A stretch of 64,000 nt of DNA from a virus. Under the pieces are notes generated by a model. The model had not been told where the DNA came from. It searched no databases and was given only the letters and a program-made list of their open reading frames with translations. The position numbers and the translations under genes are program-made. The stretch lies in IMG/VR virus record IMGVR_UViG_3300042867_001289, positions 64,049 through 128,048 of that record; one strand, given 5' to 3'. This document shows positions 8,751 to 19,730 of the stretch, in pieces (positions within the stretch are counted from its first letter, which is position 1; every line of letters starts with the position of its first letter).

Positions 8751-9203
8751 CTAGCCCTCATCTTCACCAGATGTGCGACGATCAGGCTTTATGTCGATTC
8801 CCATGTTGTCTATAAAATTTTCGAACCTTTTACGTTCTGACTCGGTCGCTGAAAGCAGTTGCATTCCTTTTTCAAGTTCACTAATACGATGATGAATCGG
8901 GGTTGCCGTGCCATTAGGTCCCAAATGGTAACGTTCATAGTCACTCATTTTCGCAAGTCGATCCTCGATACACTTATGGTCTAGTGCCATCTGCTCAATA
9001 GACCACTCCTGATACTGCACAAGCGCCTCATTATTAGACGCAATGTCATCCTTCAGTGGTTCTACCCCAACGCTCACTTGTTTAGCTGCCCAACGCCCAG
9101 TAACACCTGAGATCTTTTCGACAAGCACAAATAGACCGATGAGAATAGCTACAGTCGAAGCTAATACCGCTATGGTTTCCGCCGCCTGAAACCCCACGAC
9201 CAC
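8751..9203 (-). CDS. Single-TM membrane protein of the lysis cassette
   Basis: N-terminal TM; LGPNGTATPIHHRISELE resembles actinophage lysis-adjacent membrane proteins. Confidence 0.6.
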   Translation of the reverse strand: MVVGFQAAETIAVLASTVAILIGLFVLVEKISGVTGRWAAKQVSVGVEPLKDDIASNNEALVQYQEWSIEQMALDHKCIEDRLAKMSDYERYHLGPNGTATPIHHRISELEKGMQLLSATESERKRFENFIDNMGIDIKPDRRTSGEDEG

Positions 9204-9382
9204 TACTGTGCTTTGGTCGAAGTATTAGCTGAAGCCAAACCGAAACCCAAAACAGTGGAAGCCAGTCCAAGCCAAACGGCAATCTGTCGCGAATCCACAA
9301 CGCCATATGCCACCAGTATTGGTACTACCGCCACCAAAACACGGTAGATATAGGCTCGTGTTTGCTCATTTTTAAGACTCAT
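9203..9382 (-). CDS. Holin (2-TM actinophage type)
   Basis: RAYIYRVLVAVVPILVAYGVV..WLGLASTVLGFGLASANT; directly follows the endolysin. Confidence 0.85.
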   Translation of the reverse strand: MSLKNEQTRAYIYRVLVAVVPILVAYGVVDSRQIAVWLGLASTVLGFGLASANTSTKAQ

Positions 9383-9411
9383 TTTGTTTCCTTTGCTCGT
9401 GAAATATGAGG

Positions 9412-10284
9412 TCATCGTGTTAGCCAAAACCACGTTGCTGGGCCGATGATTCCATCAACCTTCATTTGGGCATCGCTAAGTCGGAAAAACTTTTTTACAT
9501 TTCGTTGAAAGATTCTGGTAGCAGCCGCTGATGCGGGCCCAAAATTGCCATCGATTTCCAAATCTGGCCCGTCAAGCTTGTTGTTCAAAAGTGCTTGCGC
9601 CCATCTAGCCGCATCCCCTTTTGAGCCTTGCTTCACGATCTGTTTTGATGCTGCCGCTATCCCTGCTGCTATCGCCACAAGATCTACACCTCCGGCCACT
9701 GGTGCAGGCTCTGGGACAGGCTCTGGCACTGGTGCCTGCCCTTCATGCCATTGGCGGCAGAACTCGGCAGTAATCGTTCTCATATCCTCACCAGAGACAG
9801 TATGCATATCGATCTTACGGGTTGTGTATTCTTTATGCATACAACAAGCAGGGATTCGACCCGTGTCATAACCAATCAGTGCCGCCGTCACCTTAGCGAC
9901 CACAAACAATTGGTCCAGCCGCCATGGCTCAGTAGAATCGTAACCCGTATTTTCTACTTCAATGCCATACATTGTACTATTGCCCCTGTTCGTAATACCC
10001 TGCCATCCCCCAGTACCAGCGTGATTTGCTTTGCCAGCCGCGATCACAATGCAAATATTTGAACGCGTGATAAGAACGTTACATAAAGGCCCGGCGAGAT
10101 CAGCGCGACCGTTAGTCACAATCCCCAGCGAAGGGGCATCTTTGCCAAGACCTGAAGCGGTATGATGCCACATAACCCCGTTTGGGGTGAAGCCATCTGA
10201 TTTACCACGGGTTTGCCAACCTGGTTGCTCTTCAACAACAAGACCTGCTTCTCGTAGCCTATCTGCTATGCCCAAATCTCTCAT
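9412..10284 (-). CDS. Endolysin: N-acetylmuramoyl-L-alanine amidase plus peptidoglycan-binding domain
   Basis: WHHTAS, GRADLAGPLCN, ANHAG, GIEVEN, HKEY..RKID; C-terminal DGNFGP/VDGIIGPATW. Confidence 0.92.
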   Translation of the reverse strand: MRDLGIADRLREAGLVVEEQPGWQTRGKSDGFTPNGVMWHHTASGLGKDAPSLGIVTNGRADLAGPLCNVLITRSNICIVIAAGKANHAGTGGWQGITNRGNSTMYGIEVENTGYDSTEPWRLDQLFVVAKVTAALIGYDTGRIPACCMHKEYTTRKIDMHTVSGEDMRTITAEFCRQWHEGQAPVPEPVPEPAPVAGGVDLVAIAAGIAAASKQIVKQGSKGDAARWAQALLNNKLDGPDLEIDGNFGPASAAATRIFQRNVKKFFRLSDAQMKVDGIIGPATWFWLTR

Positions 10285-10550
10285 AGTTGCCCTTCTCCTT
10301 GCAGTGTGAGTATTGCAGCGTCTAGGCCGTCAGTTATAGCTAACTTTACAGCATTGATTGTTGTAGCTTCAGTTAGTCTGGAACTAATCTCGTCATGCAT
10401 AGCCTGAGCCGCAATTACCTCTGGGGATGGTCTTATTTCCGGTTCTGGATCTGCTGCCCGCTGCGTAAGAAAAGCCGCAGAAGGTGTGACAAGCACCCAT
10501 GTGACACCATCGTCCGAGTGCCATTCGCCATTTGTATCTGTACGTTCCAT
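10281..10550 (-). CDS. Hypothetical tail-fibre-associated protein
   Basis: Coupled to the collagen fibre gene and to the endolysin. Confidence 0.6.
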   Translation of the reverse strand: MERTDTNGEWHSDDGVTWVLVTPSAAFLTQRAADPEPEIRPSPEVIAAQAMHDEISSRLTEATTINAVKLAITDGLDAAILTLQGEGQL

Positions 10551-13500
10551 TATACAAGTCCTAACACTGTGATTTTTGATCCAATTGCAAAGTTATCTGC
10601 GCTTGGGAAAACCAATATTGAAGTAATCGCAGCAGTATCGTTTGCGAATATCAAAGCGTTCTGTGTGACCGCTACGCCGACCGCTGCTGTCGAAAGTTGG
10701 TGGACCCCCCTTTGAACGCCTGCCGTGTACTTCCCAACCCCACCTACAGTAAAATCGCACTCCCAGTAGCCTTGACGGTTTGTATTCGTGAGTGAACCAG
10801 GAAGCGAACCGTTGGAGTTAAAAGATGTGGTTGCGGCACTAGCGTTGATAAGATACTCAGAGGCGGTTGACCCGTTAATTCTCATGCGCACGCCAACTGA
10901 TGTGGCAGCAGAATCCCCTCGGCCTTGCAAGACAATCTTGATGTTTGAATAGCCGGTTGGATTGATATCAACACTTGCCGTGGCTGACGCAAACGTAGTT
11001 TTGCTAAGAACTTTGTAACCAGTGTTAAGAGTGTCCAAGATAGTTTTATCCGCAGCGCTCATCGAACCGGGGAGCGATGTGGTAGCAGAATTTATCGAAA
11101 TATCAGGTGCGCTACTTGACCCACTGCTAACAATGGGTGCCGTTCCAGTAACGCTCGTAATCGCTGTACTCCAGCTTTGATCACCACGCAAAAACGTGGT
11201 GGCAGATGCGGTACCGCTAGTGGCTAAGAAGTTTGTGCCGATCAAGTTAGGCACATCGTTTGTGCGGCCCGGTCCAAGTACCATCACCGAGCCTGTTGTG
11301 GCGTGAACACGAGTAACTCTGGCGACGTTCTGAACCAAGTCTGTTGCAGCTGTTGGTCTGGTGTTTGTTAGCCCACCACCGGGTGCAACAAACATGCCGG
11401 AGTTGATTCCATAGCCAGTGGTGTTGAGGCCAGTGATAGTCCCCATAATCATCACAAGGCCCGTACCATTGATGGCTAGGTCTTGCATAAGCAGGCCAAT
11501 AGAGGGCATCTTTGCGCCTACTGAAGCGTCAGCGCCAGCAACTTCAATCACGGTAGTCGCACCGACGGTTCCAGTCGCATAAACCGGAGTTCCTTTAGTG
11601 AGCGCACCTCCTGATGTGTTCTTTACGCTGATCTGGAGTGGAACATCATCAGTCCATGTTGAGTCTCCACGCAAGAAGGTATCTGCGCTTGCTGTTCCTG
11701 TGCCAAGTAACGCTGGACTAAAGATGCCTGTTGTGGTTTGCGATGCGTCAATCGGTCCAAGAGTGACATTCGGATCTGTAGGTGTCCCCGTAATCGCTAT
11801 TGGTGAGGTGCCAGTCACCGACTGGACCGTGCCCGGATCGCCCTGAGCGCCTTCAGCGGCAATCAAAGTCCAATAAGTGCCTTCGACGGGGGTATCACCG
11901 GTGTTTCCACCATGAGCGTCTAGCCGGTACCACGTTTGACCTTCATAGGTTGCAATATCACCGATAGCGTATGATGCACCGGCAGAATACGCACCGGTGA
12001 AGTTCCAAAGAGCAGGAGCACCCGGATCACCCTGTGGACCAGGATCGCCCTGAGCACCCGGATCACCCTGTGGACCAGGATCGCCCTGAGCACCCGGATC
12101 ACCCTGTGGACCAGGATCGCCCTGTGGACCAGGATCGCCCTGAGCACCCGGATCACCCTGTGGACCAGGATCGCCCTGAGCACCCGGATCGCCCTGTGGA
12201 CCCGGATCGCCCTGTGGACCCGGATCGCCTTGAGCACCCGGATCACCTTGAGCACCCGGATCGCCCTGTGGACCCGCAACATTGATTGAAAACGTAACTA
12301 GTTCAGCATTGCTGAAGGAGCCGTAACCCATGTTGCTAGGGTTGACGGTGAAGATAACGTAACTGCCGCCTTCTGTGTCGACAGTACCGCCAACACATGA
12401 AACAATTTCCCAGCTTGCATATGTCGAAGGGTCAGATTGACTCGTGACCAGTAAATAACCACCCTGAATACTCAAAAATAGTTCGTGTAGAGTCGTGTTT
12501 ATCCCATATGGGTTGTCGTCTACCACTATCTGAGTTGCGCTTGAATACGGCACCGTAACGAAACCGATGTGATCGTTGCCTGGGTCTCGGTCGCCAGCGT
12601 CAAGAGTGTTGATTGTGTAAGTCCAAGACAATCCACCTGGTGACCCCTGAGCTCCGGGGTCACCTTGAGCTCCGGGATCACCTGGGTCACCTTGAGCGCC
12701 AGGATCGCCCTGAGCACCGGGATCGCCCTGTGGACCCGGATCGCCCTGAGCACCAACTAATGACGCTAACCACGCAGCCTCATTGCCAACGAACCCCTCT
12801 TCGACAGCAATTTCATATGCTGACAAGCCAGAAGTCCCCGTAAGATCAAAAGCGTCGATAACAGCGAAAGCTTCTTCAGCAGTACCAACATACAATCCGG
12901 CGTTTTCATAACTGAGCGTACCTGTGAATCCGGTATAAGTTCCAATCTGAACTTCGGCACCAGTCAGCGAATGGGGTATAAAACTAGTAGCAGCTGCAAG
13001 CGGGTCAATAAACCCACCGAGACCAGCACCTTCATTAAAGCCAACCCACAAAGCTGGGGTAAACAAGCCAGCACCACCGCAGCCAACTGAAACTACTTGA
13101 CCGCCAAGAACTTCAACAGGTTCAAAATCAACGTCATGGACAAGAGCGTAAACGGTTGGCATTTCATCGCCGACAAGCATCAATAAAACATGCTGGTTGG
13201 GATCTGCTTCCCACAGTTCAGAGTTCACATACGACTGTGTAATCGTCCAGCGTGCTGGGCAATCGTAGACAGCCCACTCAGAGTCTTCTGCCAGTATCGC
13301 CGGAGCCGAGGGCAAGTACTGCATCAAATATATGACATCACCGGGTTCTGGAGTCAAGGAAGGGGTCATCAGGACAACAGCAGCAGCGAATGAACCTGTC
13401 CCATCAGCACCATCAGCACCATCAGCACCATCAGCACCAGGGGGCCCATCAGCGCCCGGCAAACCCACACGCGTAACCTCAACCTCAAACTGAGGCTCCT

Positions 13501-13567
13501 CCCAAACCTCAACAATATTAGGCAAAGGAACTATAACTTCAGAACGAAGCGACTCATCACCACTCAT
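10550..13567 (-). CDS. Collagen-like tail fibre protein
   Basis: Gly-X-Y blocks ([18 protein letters not shown]), CBM-like [20 protein letters not shown], repeated TFLRGD. Confidence 0.85.
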   Translation of the reverse strand: MSGDESLRSEVIVPLPNIVEVWEEPQFEVEVTRVGLPGADGPPGADGADGADGADGTGSFAAAVVLMTPSLTPEPGDVIYLMQYLPSAPAILAEDSEWAVYDCPARWTITQSYVNSELWEADPNQHVLLMLVGDEMPTVYALVHDVDFEPVEVLGGQVVSVGCGGAGLFTPALWVGFNEGAGLGGFIDPLAAATSFIPHSLTGAEVQIGTYTGFTGTLSYENAGLYVGTAEEAFAVIDAFDLTGTSGLSAYEIAVEEGFVGNEAAWLASLVGAQGDPGPQGDPGAQGDPGAQGDPGDPGAQGDPGAQGSPGGLSWTYTINTLDAGDRDPGNDHIGFVTVPYSSATQIVVDDNPYGINTTLHELFLSIQGGYLLVTSQSDPSTYASWEIVSCVGGTVDTEGGSYVIFTVNPSNMGYGSFSNAELVTFSINVAGPQGDPGAQGDPGAQGDPGPQGDPGPQGDPGAQGDPGPQGDPGAQGDPGPQGDPGPQGDPGAQGDPGPQGDPGAQGDPGPQGDPGAPALWNFTGAYSAGASYAIGDIATYEGQTWYRLDAHGGNTGDTPVEGTYWTLIAAEGAQGDPGTVQSVTGTSPIAITGTPTDPNVTLGPIDASQTTTGIFSPALLGTGTASADTFLRGDSTWTDDVPLQISVKNTSGGALTKGTPVYATGTVGATTVIEVAGADASVGAKMPSIGLLMQDLAINGTGLVMIMGTITGLNTTGYGINSGMFVAPGGGLTNTRPTAATDLVQNVARVTRVHATTGSVMVLGPGRTNDVPNLIGTNFLATSGTASATTFLRGDQSWSTAITSVTGTAPIVSSGSSSAPDISINSATTSLPGSMSAADKTILDTLNTGYKVLSKTTFASATASVDINPTGYSNIKIVLQGRGDSAATSVGVRMRINGSTASEYLINASAATTSFNSNGSLPGSLTNTNRQGYWECDFTVGGVGKYTAGVQRGVHQLSTAAVGVAVTQNALIFANDTAAITSILVFPSADNFAIGSKITVLGLV
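12023..12275. repeat. 14 x 18-bp coding tandem repeat (G[AP]QGDP)
   Basis: ggatc(a/g)ccctg(tggacc/agcacc) units; a second shorter block lies at about 12637-12753. Confidence 0.9.
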
Positions 13568-13926
13568 ACGTCTGCCTCAACACGAGTAACAGAAGGCTTA
13601 AACCTAAAAACACCCTTGATAACCTTATCGGCCTCACCATCAGGAGGATAAAGAAAAAGGTCATAAACCCCATCAGTAGTAATACCCACACCATCCTCAA
13701 CCGAAATAGTTAAATCAATCCAACCCTCAGCAGACAAAACGATACAACCATTCTCAGTAGTCATATCAATCAAAAACTGGGAAGCCTCAATCAAAGAACG
13801 AACACTCATACGCGCCGTCCAATCATTCCCAAAAACCACATCCGTGCCATCAGAATTACGATACCGGACACGACGAGACCAATACTCGCCTTCCTCGTAA
13901 TCAAAATTGTGCACACCAGCAGCCAC
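13564..13926 (-). CDS. Tail fibre/baseplate adaptor (BppU/LtfC-like)
   Basis: [34 protein letters not shown] pattern. Confidence 0.65.
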   Translation of the reverse strand: MAAGVHNFDYEEGEYWSRRVRYRNSDGTDVVFGNDWTARMSVRSLIEASQFLIDMTTENGCIVLSAEGWIDLTISVEDGVGITTDGVYDLFLYPPDGEADKVIKGVFRFKPSVTRVEADV

Positions 13927-14010
13927 AGAAACTCTTTCAACCAGTAAACGCCAACCCCTATATTAGGTGCCCACTACAATTTGCGGCGCAGCAAATAACA
14001 CTTATAAAAG

Positions 14011-14205
14011 CTACTCAGCCGAATACCACTCAACGATTCTTTCCTGAGCCATCTCAAACATCCCAAGAGCAGTCCACGGAGTCAAAGACTCAGAAGAAAT
14101 AACCTGAAGATTTATACCGTCTTCGCTAACAATCTCAGCGATAATGATGTAATTGGAAACAATAGAATTTGGGAAGTTCTCATTGATGATTCCCTCGATG
14201 TCCAC
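14011..14205 (-). CDS. Small hypothetical protein
   Basis: AAGGAG RBS; LTPWTALGM motif. Confidence 0.6.
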   Translation of the reverse strand: MDIEGIINENFPNSIVSNYIIIAEIVSEDGINLQVISSESLTPWTALGMFEMAQERIVEWYSAE

Positions 14206-14220
14206 TTTTGTCTCCTTTGA

Positions 14221-15384
14221 TCATGTTTTGATTATGTAATTCAGGTGGATGAACGGTGGCCTGATATCCAGAGGTGTACTAGTACCGCCACTATTTCCTG
14301 ACAGGCCAGTATATGGATTCACATCAAAATTATGAGCATGAAGTCCTCCGGCTTGAGTATAGTAACCAACATTCGCAGTAGAGCTAAGGAGCCCAAGCCC
14401 AAAACCATTTGTACCAGTTCCAGTTCCACCAATACTTGGTATTGGATGCTGATGATTACCCTGAGCGTCCGTAGCCTGATTCGGATGATCATGATTAATA
14501 TTATGCTGATGCGGAGGCAAATTAGCTATTGAAAGCGTCTTCGTGTCAGACCCACCGGTAACACCAAGAGACTTACTGCCAAGCATCCATTCACCAGAAT
14601 TAACACCACAAACAAAAGCGCCACGCAAATCAGGCAACGTAAACGTATCAATAGAAACAGAACCATAAGTAGTCCCAATAACAGCAAACAAATTAGCATA
14701 CTCAGCCCGAGAAACAGAAGCCCCAGCAGCCATCAACCAACCCGCAGGAACCTTTGTATCAGGACCAGCAAAAGACATAACAGCACCAATAGGCCAACGC
14801 TCAGAAGCAACAATTCTTGTTCTCGTTATAGCCTGATCGGCAATCTTTGCAGTAGTAACGACACCATCACCAAGTTTAGCAGTAGAATTTATTGCCCCAT
14901 CCTGGATATGAGCAGCGTTAACAGACCCAGTTCCCATAACGTGGACATGGTCAGCCCGTGCGAAACTTTCAGCGCTTCCACCCAGAGTAGTCGTTCCGAT
15001 TGGCCTCACTTCGGATGTTAGACCCCACGACCGGGTAGCGTGAACATGGTCTGCTCTTGCAGAATATACGCTTGTTCCTTCTGATTGTGATTGCCCTGGG
15101 AAAACCTCTTCAGGAACATCAAAATCGTTAATTGAAAACCATCTCGTACCATCGCAATAGTACAAAACTAAAACATTATCAGTATTGCTTGTATCTGAAG
15201 CTAGGTAAAATGTTCTAACCGTCTCGTCTCCAGCTGCTGGCCTATTCTCGCTTGGGCCAGACAAAAATTTTGCTGCCAACGATTCTAACTGCATATGAGA
15301 CTGATTCATTTGATCGCGCGTAAACGGATCAGTGCCAAAAGGCCAAGTATAGATTCCGAACCGTGGTGTTTCTGTTGCCGCCAT
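14221..15384 (-). CDS. Tail fibre protein with tail-collar domain
   Basis: PIGAVMSFAG..PAGWL..SRAEYANLFAVIGTTYG..FTLPDLRG; HQH motifs; ends LNYIIKT. Confidence 0.9.
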   Translation of the reverse strand: MAATETPRFGIYTWPFGTDPFTRDQMNQSHMQLESLAAKFLSGPSENRPAAGDETVRTFYLASDTSNTDNVLVLYYCDGTRWFSINDFDVPEEVFPGQSQSEGTSVYSARADHVHATRSWGLTSEVRPIGTTTLGGSAESFARADHVHVMGTGSVNAAHIQDGAINSTAKLGDGVVTTAKIADQAITRTRIVASERWPIGAVMSFAGPDTKVPAGWLMAAGASVSRAEYANLFAVIGTTYGSVSIDTFTLPDLRGAFVCGVNSGEWMLGSKSLGVTGGSDTKTLSIANLPPHQHNINHDHPNQATDAQGNHQHPIPSIGGTGTGTNGFGLGLLSSTANVGYYTQAGGLHAHNFDVNPYTGLSGNSGGTSTPLDIRPPFIHLNYIIKT

Positions 15385-17273
15385 CAGGCCTCCAATGCTG
15401 TTATACGCTGCGCCAGCTCATCTAGAGCGGCAGCTACTTGGTCTGGTGGACTAACCCAATCTGCTGGGATGGCAGGCGCATACGGCACTTCTGGTGCGTG
15501 TTCCGTTAACACCGAAACGGCATCAGTGCCAGCAAGAACAACAATTTCTCCAGGGACGATTTCCAGGGTTGAATCAACCCGACTAGCACCTACAACGATT
15601 CGCTTATCGTCAACTAGGACAAGTTCAGTCTGATTAGTTAAATACCCGGCTGAAGCTCCAAGAGTCCAAATGCCGTTAACGCTAGCAGCGGACTGGTTAG
15701 GCAAATAGACGGTTATATCGTTAGGATTAGTTGTAGGCCAGGAGTAAAGAGCGACTTCTTCAGTAGCGATACAATCAACCGAAAGGGTTAAAGGAACAAA
15801 GGAGCTATCAGTTAGTGTAGAAATACCATCGGTTCCAGCAAGAACAACAATCTCACCGGGGACAATCTCCAAAGTCGAGTCAACACGACTAGCACCAACA
15901 ACAATTCTTTTCTCGTCGACTAGGACAAGTTCAGTCTGATCGGTCAGAGACGCTGCCGAAGCCGCAAGAGTCCAAATCCCGTTAGCGCTAGCAGCAGACT
16001 GGCTAGGCAGATAAACAGTTGCGGAAGCGGCGTTATCGCCCGGCCACCCATAGATAGTGACTTCTTCGGTAGCGATGCAATCAACCGAAAATGTTAGAGG
16101 TAAAAGCGATCGACTTCTCTGAACAGCCGAATCGTCAACAACTATATAGGTGGCGGTTACAACAGCTAAAGCTAAAAGAACCTCATCTTCACCAGGCAAC
16201 CAGTCAGTCATCCCAGAAGGAAGCCCATCAGAAGGCTGGACCACACTAACAACACCAGCATCGTTCACGACAACAGCATCAACCCGCCGAGAAAGCCCAA
16301 TAGGAAAAGTGGACTCAGCGGCATCTAACGAAAAGCTTGCCGCATCAAAAACAACATTTAACCCATTTATACTTACTACCCCGGCTTCGACCTCAAGATC
16401 AAGCCCACCAAACGAATAAACGTTTCCAGCTTCGACAAGACTATTAAGACTTAACGATTGAGCCTTAATCAGATTCAAAGATAGCTCTACCTGCGTTAAA
16501 GAATAATCTAAAGTCTGCTGAGAAAGATGGTATTCCTTGGCCTCAGCCGAATGAGGATCAACCCAAATGCCGTTTGAAATTTGGATTAATTCACCTGCAG
16601 TCAGATGCAAAAGATAATTAAGGCTATCAACGTTCTGCCCTGGGGTTGTAAGGTCAAAGGCCTCATCCCATGAAATATCTAAATTCAAATAAGCGTTTTC
16701 AACATCACTAACAAACTGTGCGTTAGGTGAAATGATTACACGGTCGTTGATCCCTGGTTGAATCGAAAATTTCGATATGCTCAAATCCGGTTGGATCACA
16801 TATAAGCCGGGCTGATTAACTACAGGGTCGGCTTGAACGTCGCCCATAGAGTTTGCGATTAAAAGAAGCTCGCCAATTTCTGGGACATATTCCAAAGTGG
16901 ATATGTAAGGGGTTCCATAAAAAGACGTAGAAACAAACCCGACTACAAAAGTCGCTGAACTTTGCGTAGTTAAATTTGCGTACACATAATCAAAAACTTC
17001 TTGACCATTGTCAAAAGGTGCACCCGTATAAGAATTGTCGTAAACAACAGCCGAAGCGGCCATGCTGCTAGTTTCATAAACTAGAGCTTGAACAAGGTTG
17101 GGTCGATCTGCGATAACCGCATCAAGCTGACTCACAACCTCTTTAAGGCCAGCAGCTAACGCATTGTGATGGTTATGATGATCCAACGCTGGGTCAACAT
17201 TGCCTTCACGCTCAGTCTCGTCAGTGATTGTCGACGGGAGAGTAATCGGATTCGGTTTATTCGTCCATGCCAT
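15384..17273 (-). CDS. Tail appendage protein with internal 102-aa duplication
   Basis: Two copies of SVDCIATEEV..NGIWTL..QTELVLVD..EIVPGEIVVLAGTD, 306 nt apart. Confidence 0.75.
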   Translation of the reverse strand: MAWTNKPNPITLPSTITDETEREGNVDPALDHHNHHNALAAGLKEVVSQLDAVIADRPNLVQALVYETSSMAASAVVYDNSYTGAPFDNGQEVFDYVYANLTTQSSATFVVGFVSTSFYGTPYISTLEYVPEIGELLLIANSMGDVQADPVVNQPGLYVIQPDLSISKFSIQPGINDRVIISPNAQFVSDVENAYLNLDISWDEAFDLTTPGQNVDSLNYLLHLTAGELIQISNGIWVDPHSAEAKEYHLSQQTLDYSLTQVELSLNLIKAQSLSLNSLVEAGNVYSFGGLDLEVEAGVVSINGLNVVFDAASFSLDAAESTFPIGLSRRVDAVVVNDAGVVSVVQPSDGLPSGMTDWLPGEDEVLLALAVVTATYIVVDDSAVQRSRSLLPLTFSVDCIATEEVTIYGWPGDNAASATVYLPSQSAASANGIWTLAASAASLTDQTELVLVDEKRIVVGASRVDSTLEIVPGEIVVLAGTDGISTLTDSSFVPLTLSVDCIATEEVALYSWPTTNPNDITVYLPNQSAASVNGIWTLGASAGYLTNQTELVLVDDKRIVVGASRVDSTLEIVPGEIVVLAGTDAVSVLTEHAPEVPYAPAIPADWVSPPDQVAAALDELAQRITALEA

Positions 17274-17327
17274 CTGACAATCCTCCAGTGGTCATTCTAC
17301 GCTATTTGATCTCACTCATAGTCTCAA

Positions 17328-19730
17328 CTATGTGATGTTTGAACCATAAACATAAGAACTACCGTATATGCCGGGATCGCCATAAGACTCTGATTCAAAC
17401 ACCTGCAAAGCCACTGAACGATGCTCAACACCATATCCGGCAGGTATGACTCGGCTTAACGCTTTCATAACCTGCAAAGAGGTTTCACCGACAGCTTTAA
17501 CTCCAGGCGTTTCCTCAACTATGGTTTCCACCCTAATCTGCCATGGGTCGCCACCGACACGGCGAACAATCCGCACCTGCTTATCGCCCCTAAGAACGCG
17601 TCTAACCGATTCGGCTAGAGCATCCTGTGTGCCGCCGCGTAACCCACTCACAGCAGTTTTTACTTGCCACCGCCAGTAATCGTAACTATTGGATTCGCTG
17701 TCATCGAATGATTCGATTTCACCCCAGCTGACAGCACCATCCCTGTTCCCGTTAGGGCTTGGCAATTCGTCGGGTTCGATTTCCCATTCATCCCAATTTT
17801 GCAATGGTTCTGGTACATCTGTAGTGAGTTCTTGGAAAGCGAGATTATCCCATGCGGTAAAACCAGTTGAATTGTCTTCGATCTTAACGCCAACCAGAGT
17901 TCCGAGCCAATCCAAAAATTTTATGCAACAGATATCTGGATTAACAAGCTTTGATCTGATCTCGCCACTATCTAAAGAAACTTCATCTGGTGCTATGTAT
18001 CTGAGCTCAGACCAGATTCTTTCAATTTGACCAGCAGTGATATAGAGAACATTAATGAACTGACCTAATGGATACCTTGGTTCCACCTGCAACTCGTCCG
18101 CTTCAGTTATGTACGCAGGTAGGCGATCCCAGACTTCATAACTGAAAGAATTTTCGTATCTAAAACCAGGGACAGTTAATGCTGGTGCAGCAAAATAGAT
18201 CGCATCGCCAGCTTCTTCTGCATCAATTTCAAAAGTTGTTCGAAGGATAGTTTCGCCATCAGGTGGCATCCTGTTGGGAGAATACAGCGACAACAACTGC
18301 CACTGATTTGGTTTAACTGAAATGAGCTCAGAAGTTTTTTCAACCTGACCAAAACGGGTAGCGGTAAAAATCATGTTTACCTCCACCCGCCTAGGTGCCC
18401 AAATCCAAATAAAGCTTCTCTGGTACCGGTTCATAAACCGCCGAGGAAGCACATACCGGGCGGAACCTAAAACAAACTTTTCACCATCTGAAATAACTCG
18501 CAGGCTATTAATATCATCATGGAGGAGCTTTGTGCGGCTTGCACCTAAAGATGCATTACCGCCAACAATCTCCCAATTCCCGACACTTGAATCAAAAGAA
18601 AAATCATTGCCCTTATAAAGGTTATTATCCAATAATGTTGGGAACCAACAATCCCCATTATCTTCTTCAACTATCAGCTTGCCAATACTCGGTGGTACCG
18701 GAACCAGAATGGTATCGGAATCAGATACGCTCCCGCCCCTATAAGACAAAAAGGAAACTGCTTCGAAATTACCTGAAGAATTAGCTTTGCCAGTAACTTC
18801 AACAACAACAATCCCATCAATATCACCAATATTGATTAGACCATTATTCCAAGGAACTTCAAGGCCATTAAGCCGTACCGTATCTATAGAGATTTCAAAA
18901 GGCCACGAGATCTGCAATCCAGCAGAATCCACCAACCCTTCGACCTCGGTAAGATAAGAAACCACTTCACCTAATGTTGCCGATTCAACAGACCAGTTAG
19001 CTTCAATGTCAGGAGCTTCAACAACGACCGCTTCGCAAACAAAAACTTCCGAATCGTGGACTTCCCAATTAATACCCCACGAGAAGCTTTCATCAACTAC
19101 AGGCGTTCGCAAGGTTGCGACTAAAGAAACAGCCCCAACCGGAGCCTCGGGAACCTCAACGGTAGTGCCGAGTCTTACAGTTTCGCCAACAGTGAAACCA
19201 GACGAAGCCCCCTGGAAAGTTGCACTTGTGTACGTTGTCGGTAAAACCTCAGGGGTTTCATCAGAGAACGAACGGTAAAGGGAGACGAGAGGATCGCCAA
19301 CGCGTGCACCGGCTACGTCAACCCATTCGAGGGTTGCCATAACGTATTCGGAAACACAATCAGAACAATCTCCAGCTAAAACAAATATCCCATTCCCACC
19401 GCTAACAATGATCGTTGAGACTGCTGAGTCTTCGTATTCTTCGGCATCGGTGACGGTTAAGGTGGTGACATATATTCCAGGTCCAGCATAAATGTGCGTA
19501 ATTGTTTCTAGGGAAGACGATGCTGTCCCATCGCCGAAATCCCAAAGATACGATAGGGCTGATACGCCTGTTGACGTTGAACCATCAAACGCTACTGAAA
19601 GAGGCGAATCCCCATTCGAGACATCGGTAAGAATTACCGCTATTGGATCAGGATGCACTGGCGGTGTTCCCGCAGAACCAAGGGTGTCTTCACCTCCGAC
19701 TTCTGAAGATCCGACGTTAAAGATTCCCAT
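17328..19730 (-). CDS. Baseplate wedge protein (P2 gpI-like C-terminus) with PKD domain
   Basis: N-terminal SYLWDFGDG PKD; C-terminal FLDWLGTLVGV..RGGTQDALAESVRRVL..IPAG. Confidence 0.7.
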   Translation of the reverse strand: MGIFNVGSSEVGGEDTLGSAGTPPVHPDPIAVILTDVSNGDSPLSVAFDGSTSTGVSALSYLWDFGDGTASSSLETITHIYAGPGIYVTTLTVTDAEEYEDSAVSTIIVSGGNGIFVLAGDCSDCVSEYVMATLEWVDVAGARVGDPLVSLYRSFSDETPEVLPTTYTSATFQGASSGFTVGETVRLGTTVEVPEAPVGAVSLVATLRTPVVDESFSWGINWEVHDSEVFVCEAVVVEAPDIEANWSVESATLGEVVSYLTEVEGLVDSAGLQISWPFEISIDTVRLNGLEVPWNNGLINIGDIDGIVVVEVTGKANSSGNFEAVSFLSYRGGSVSDSDTILVPVPPSIGKLIVEEDNGDCWFPTLLDNNLYKGNDFSFDSSVGNWEIVGGNASLGASRTKLLHDDINSLRVISDGEKFVLGSARYVLPRRFMNRYQRSFIWIWAPRRVEVNMIFTATRFGQVEKTSELISVKPNQWQLLSLYSPNRMPPDGETILRTTFEIDAEEAGDAIYFAAPALTVPGFRYENSFSYEVWDRLPAYITEADELQVEPRYPLGQFINVLYITAGQIERIWSELRYIAPDEVSLDSGEIRSKLVNPDICCIKFLDWLGTLVGVKIEDNSTGFTAWDNLAFQELTTDVPEPLQNWDEWEIEPDELPSPNGNRDGAVSWGEIESFDDSESNSYDYWRWQVKTAVSGLRGGTQDALAESVRRVLRGDKQVRIVRRVGGDPWQIRVETIVEETPGVKAVGETSLQVMKALSRVIPAGYGVEHRSVALQVFESESYGDPGIYGSSYVYGSNIT

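Noticed and set aside
12023-12753. Regular short repeats as a CRISPR array
   Set aside because: No unique spacers; units are in-frame Gly-X-Y codons within a CDS
15505-16105. 306-nt duplication as a DGR template/variable repeat pair
   Set aside because: Both copies are in-frame in one gene, differences are not adenine-specific, and no reverse transcriptase is visible in the window
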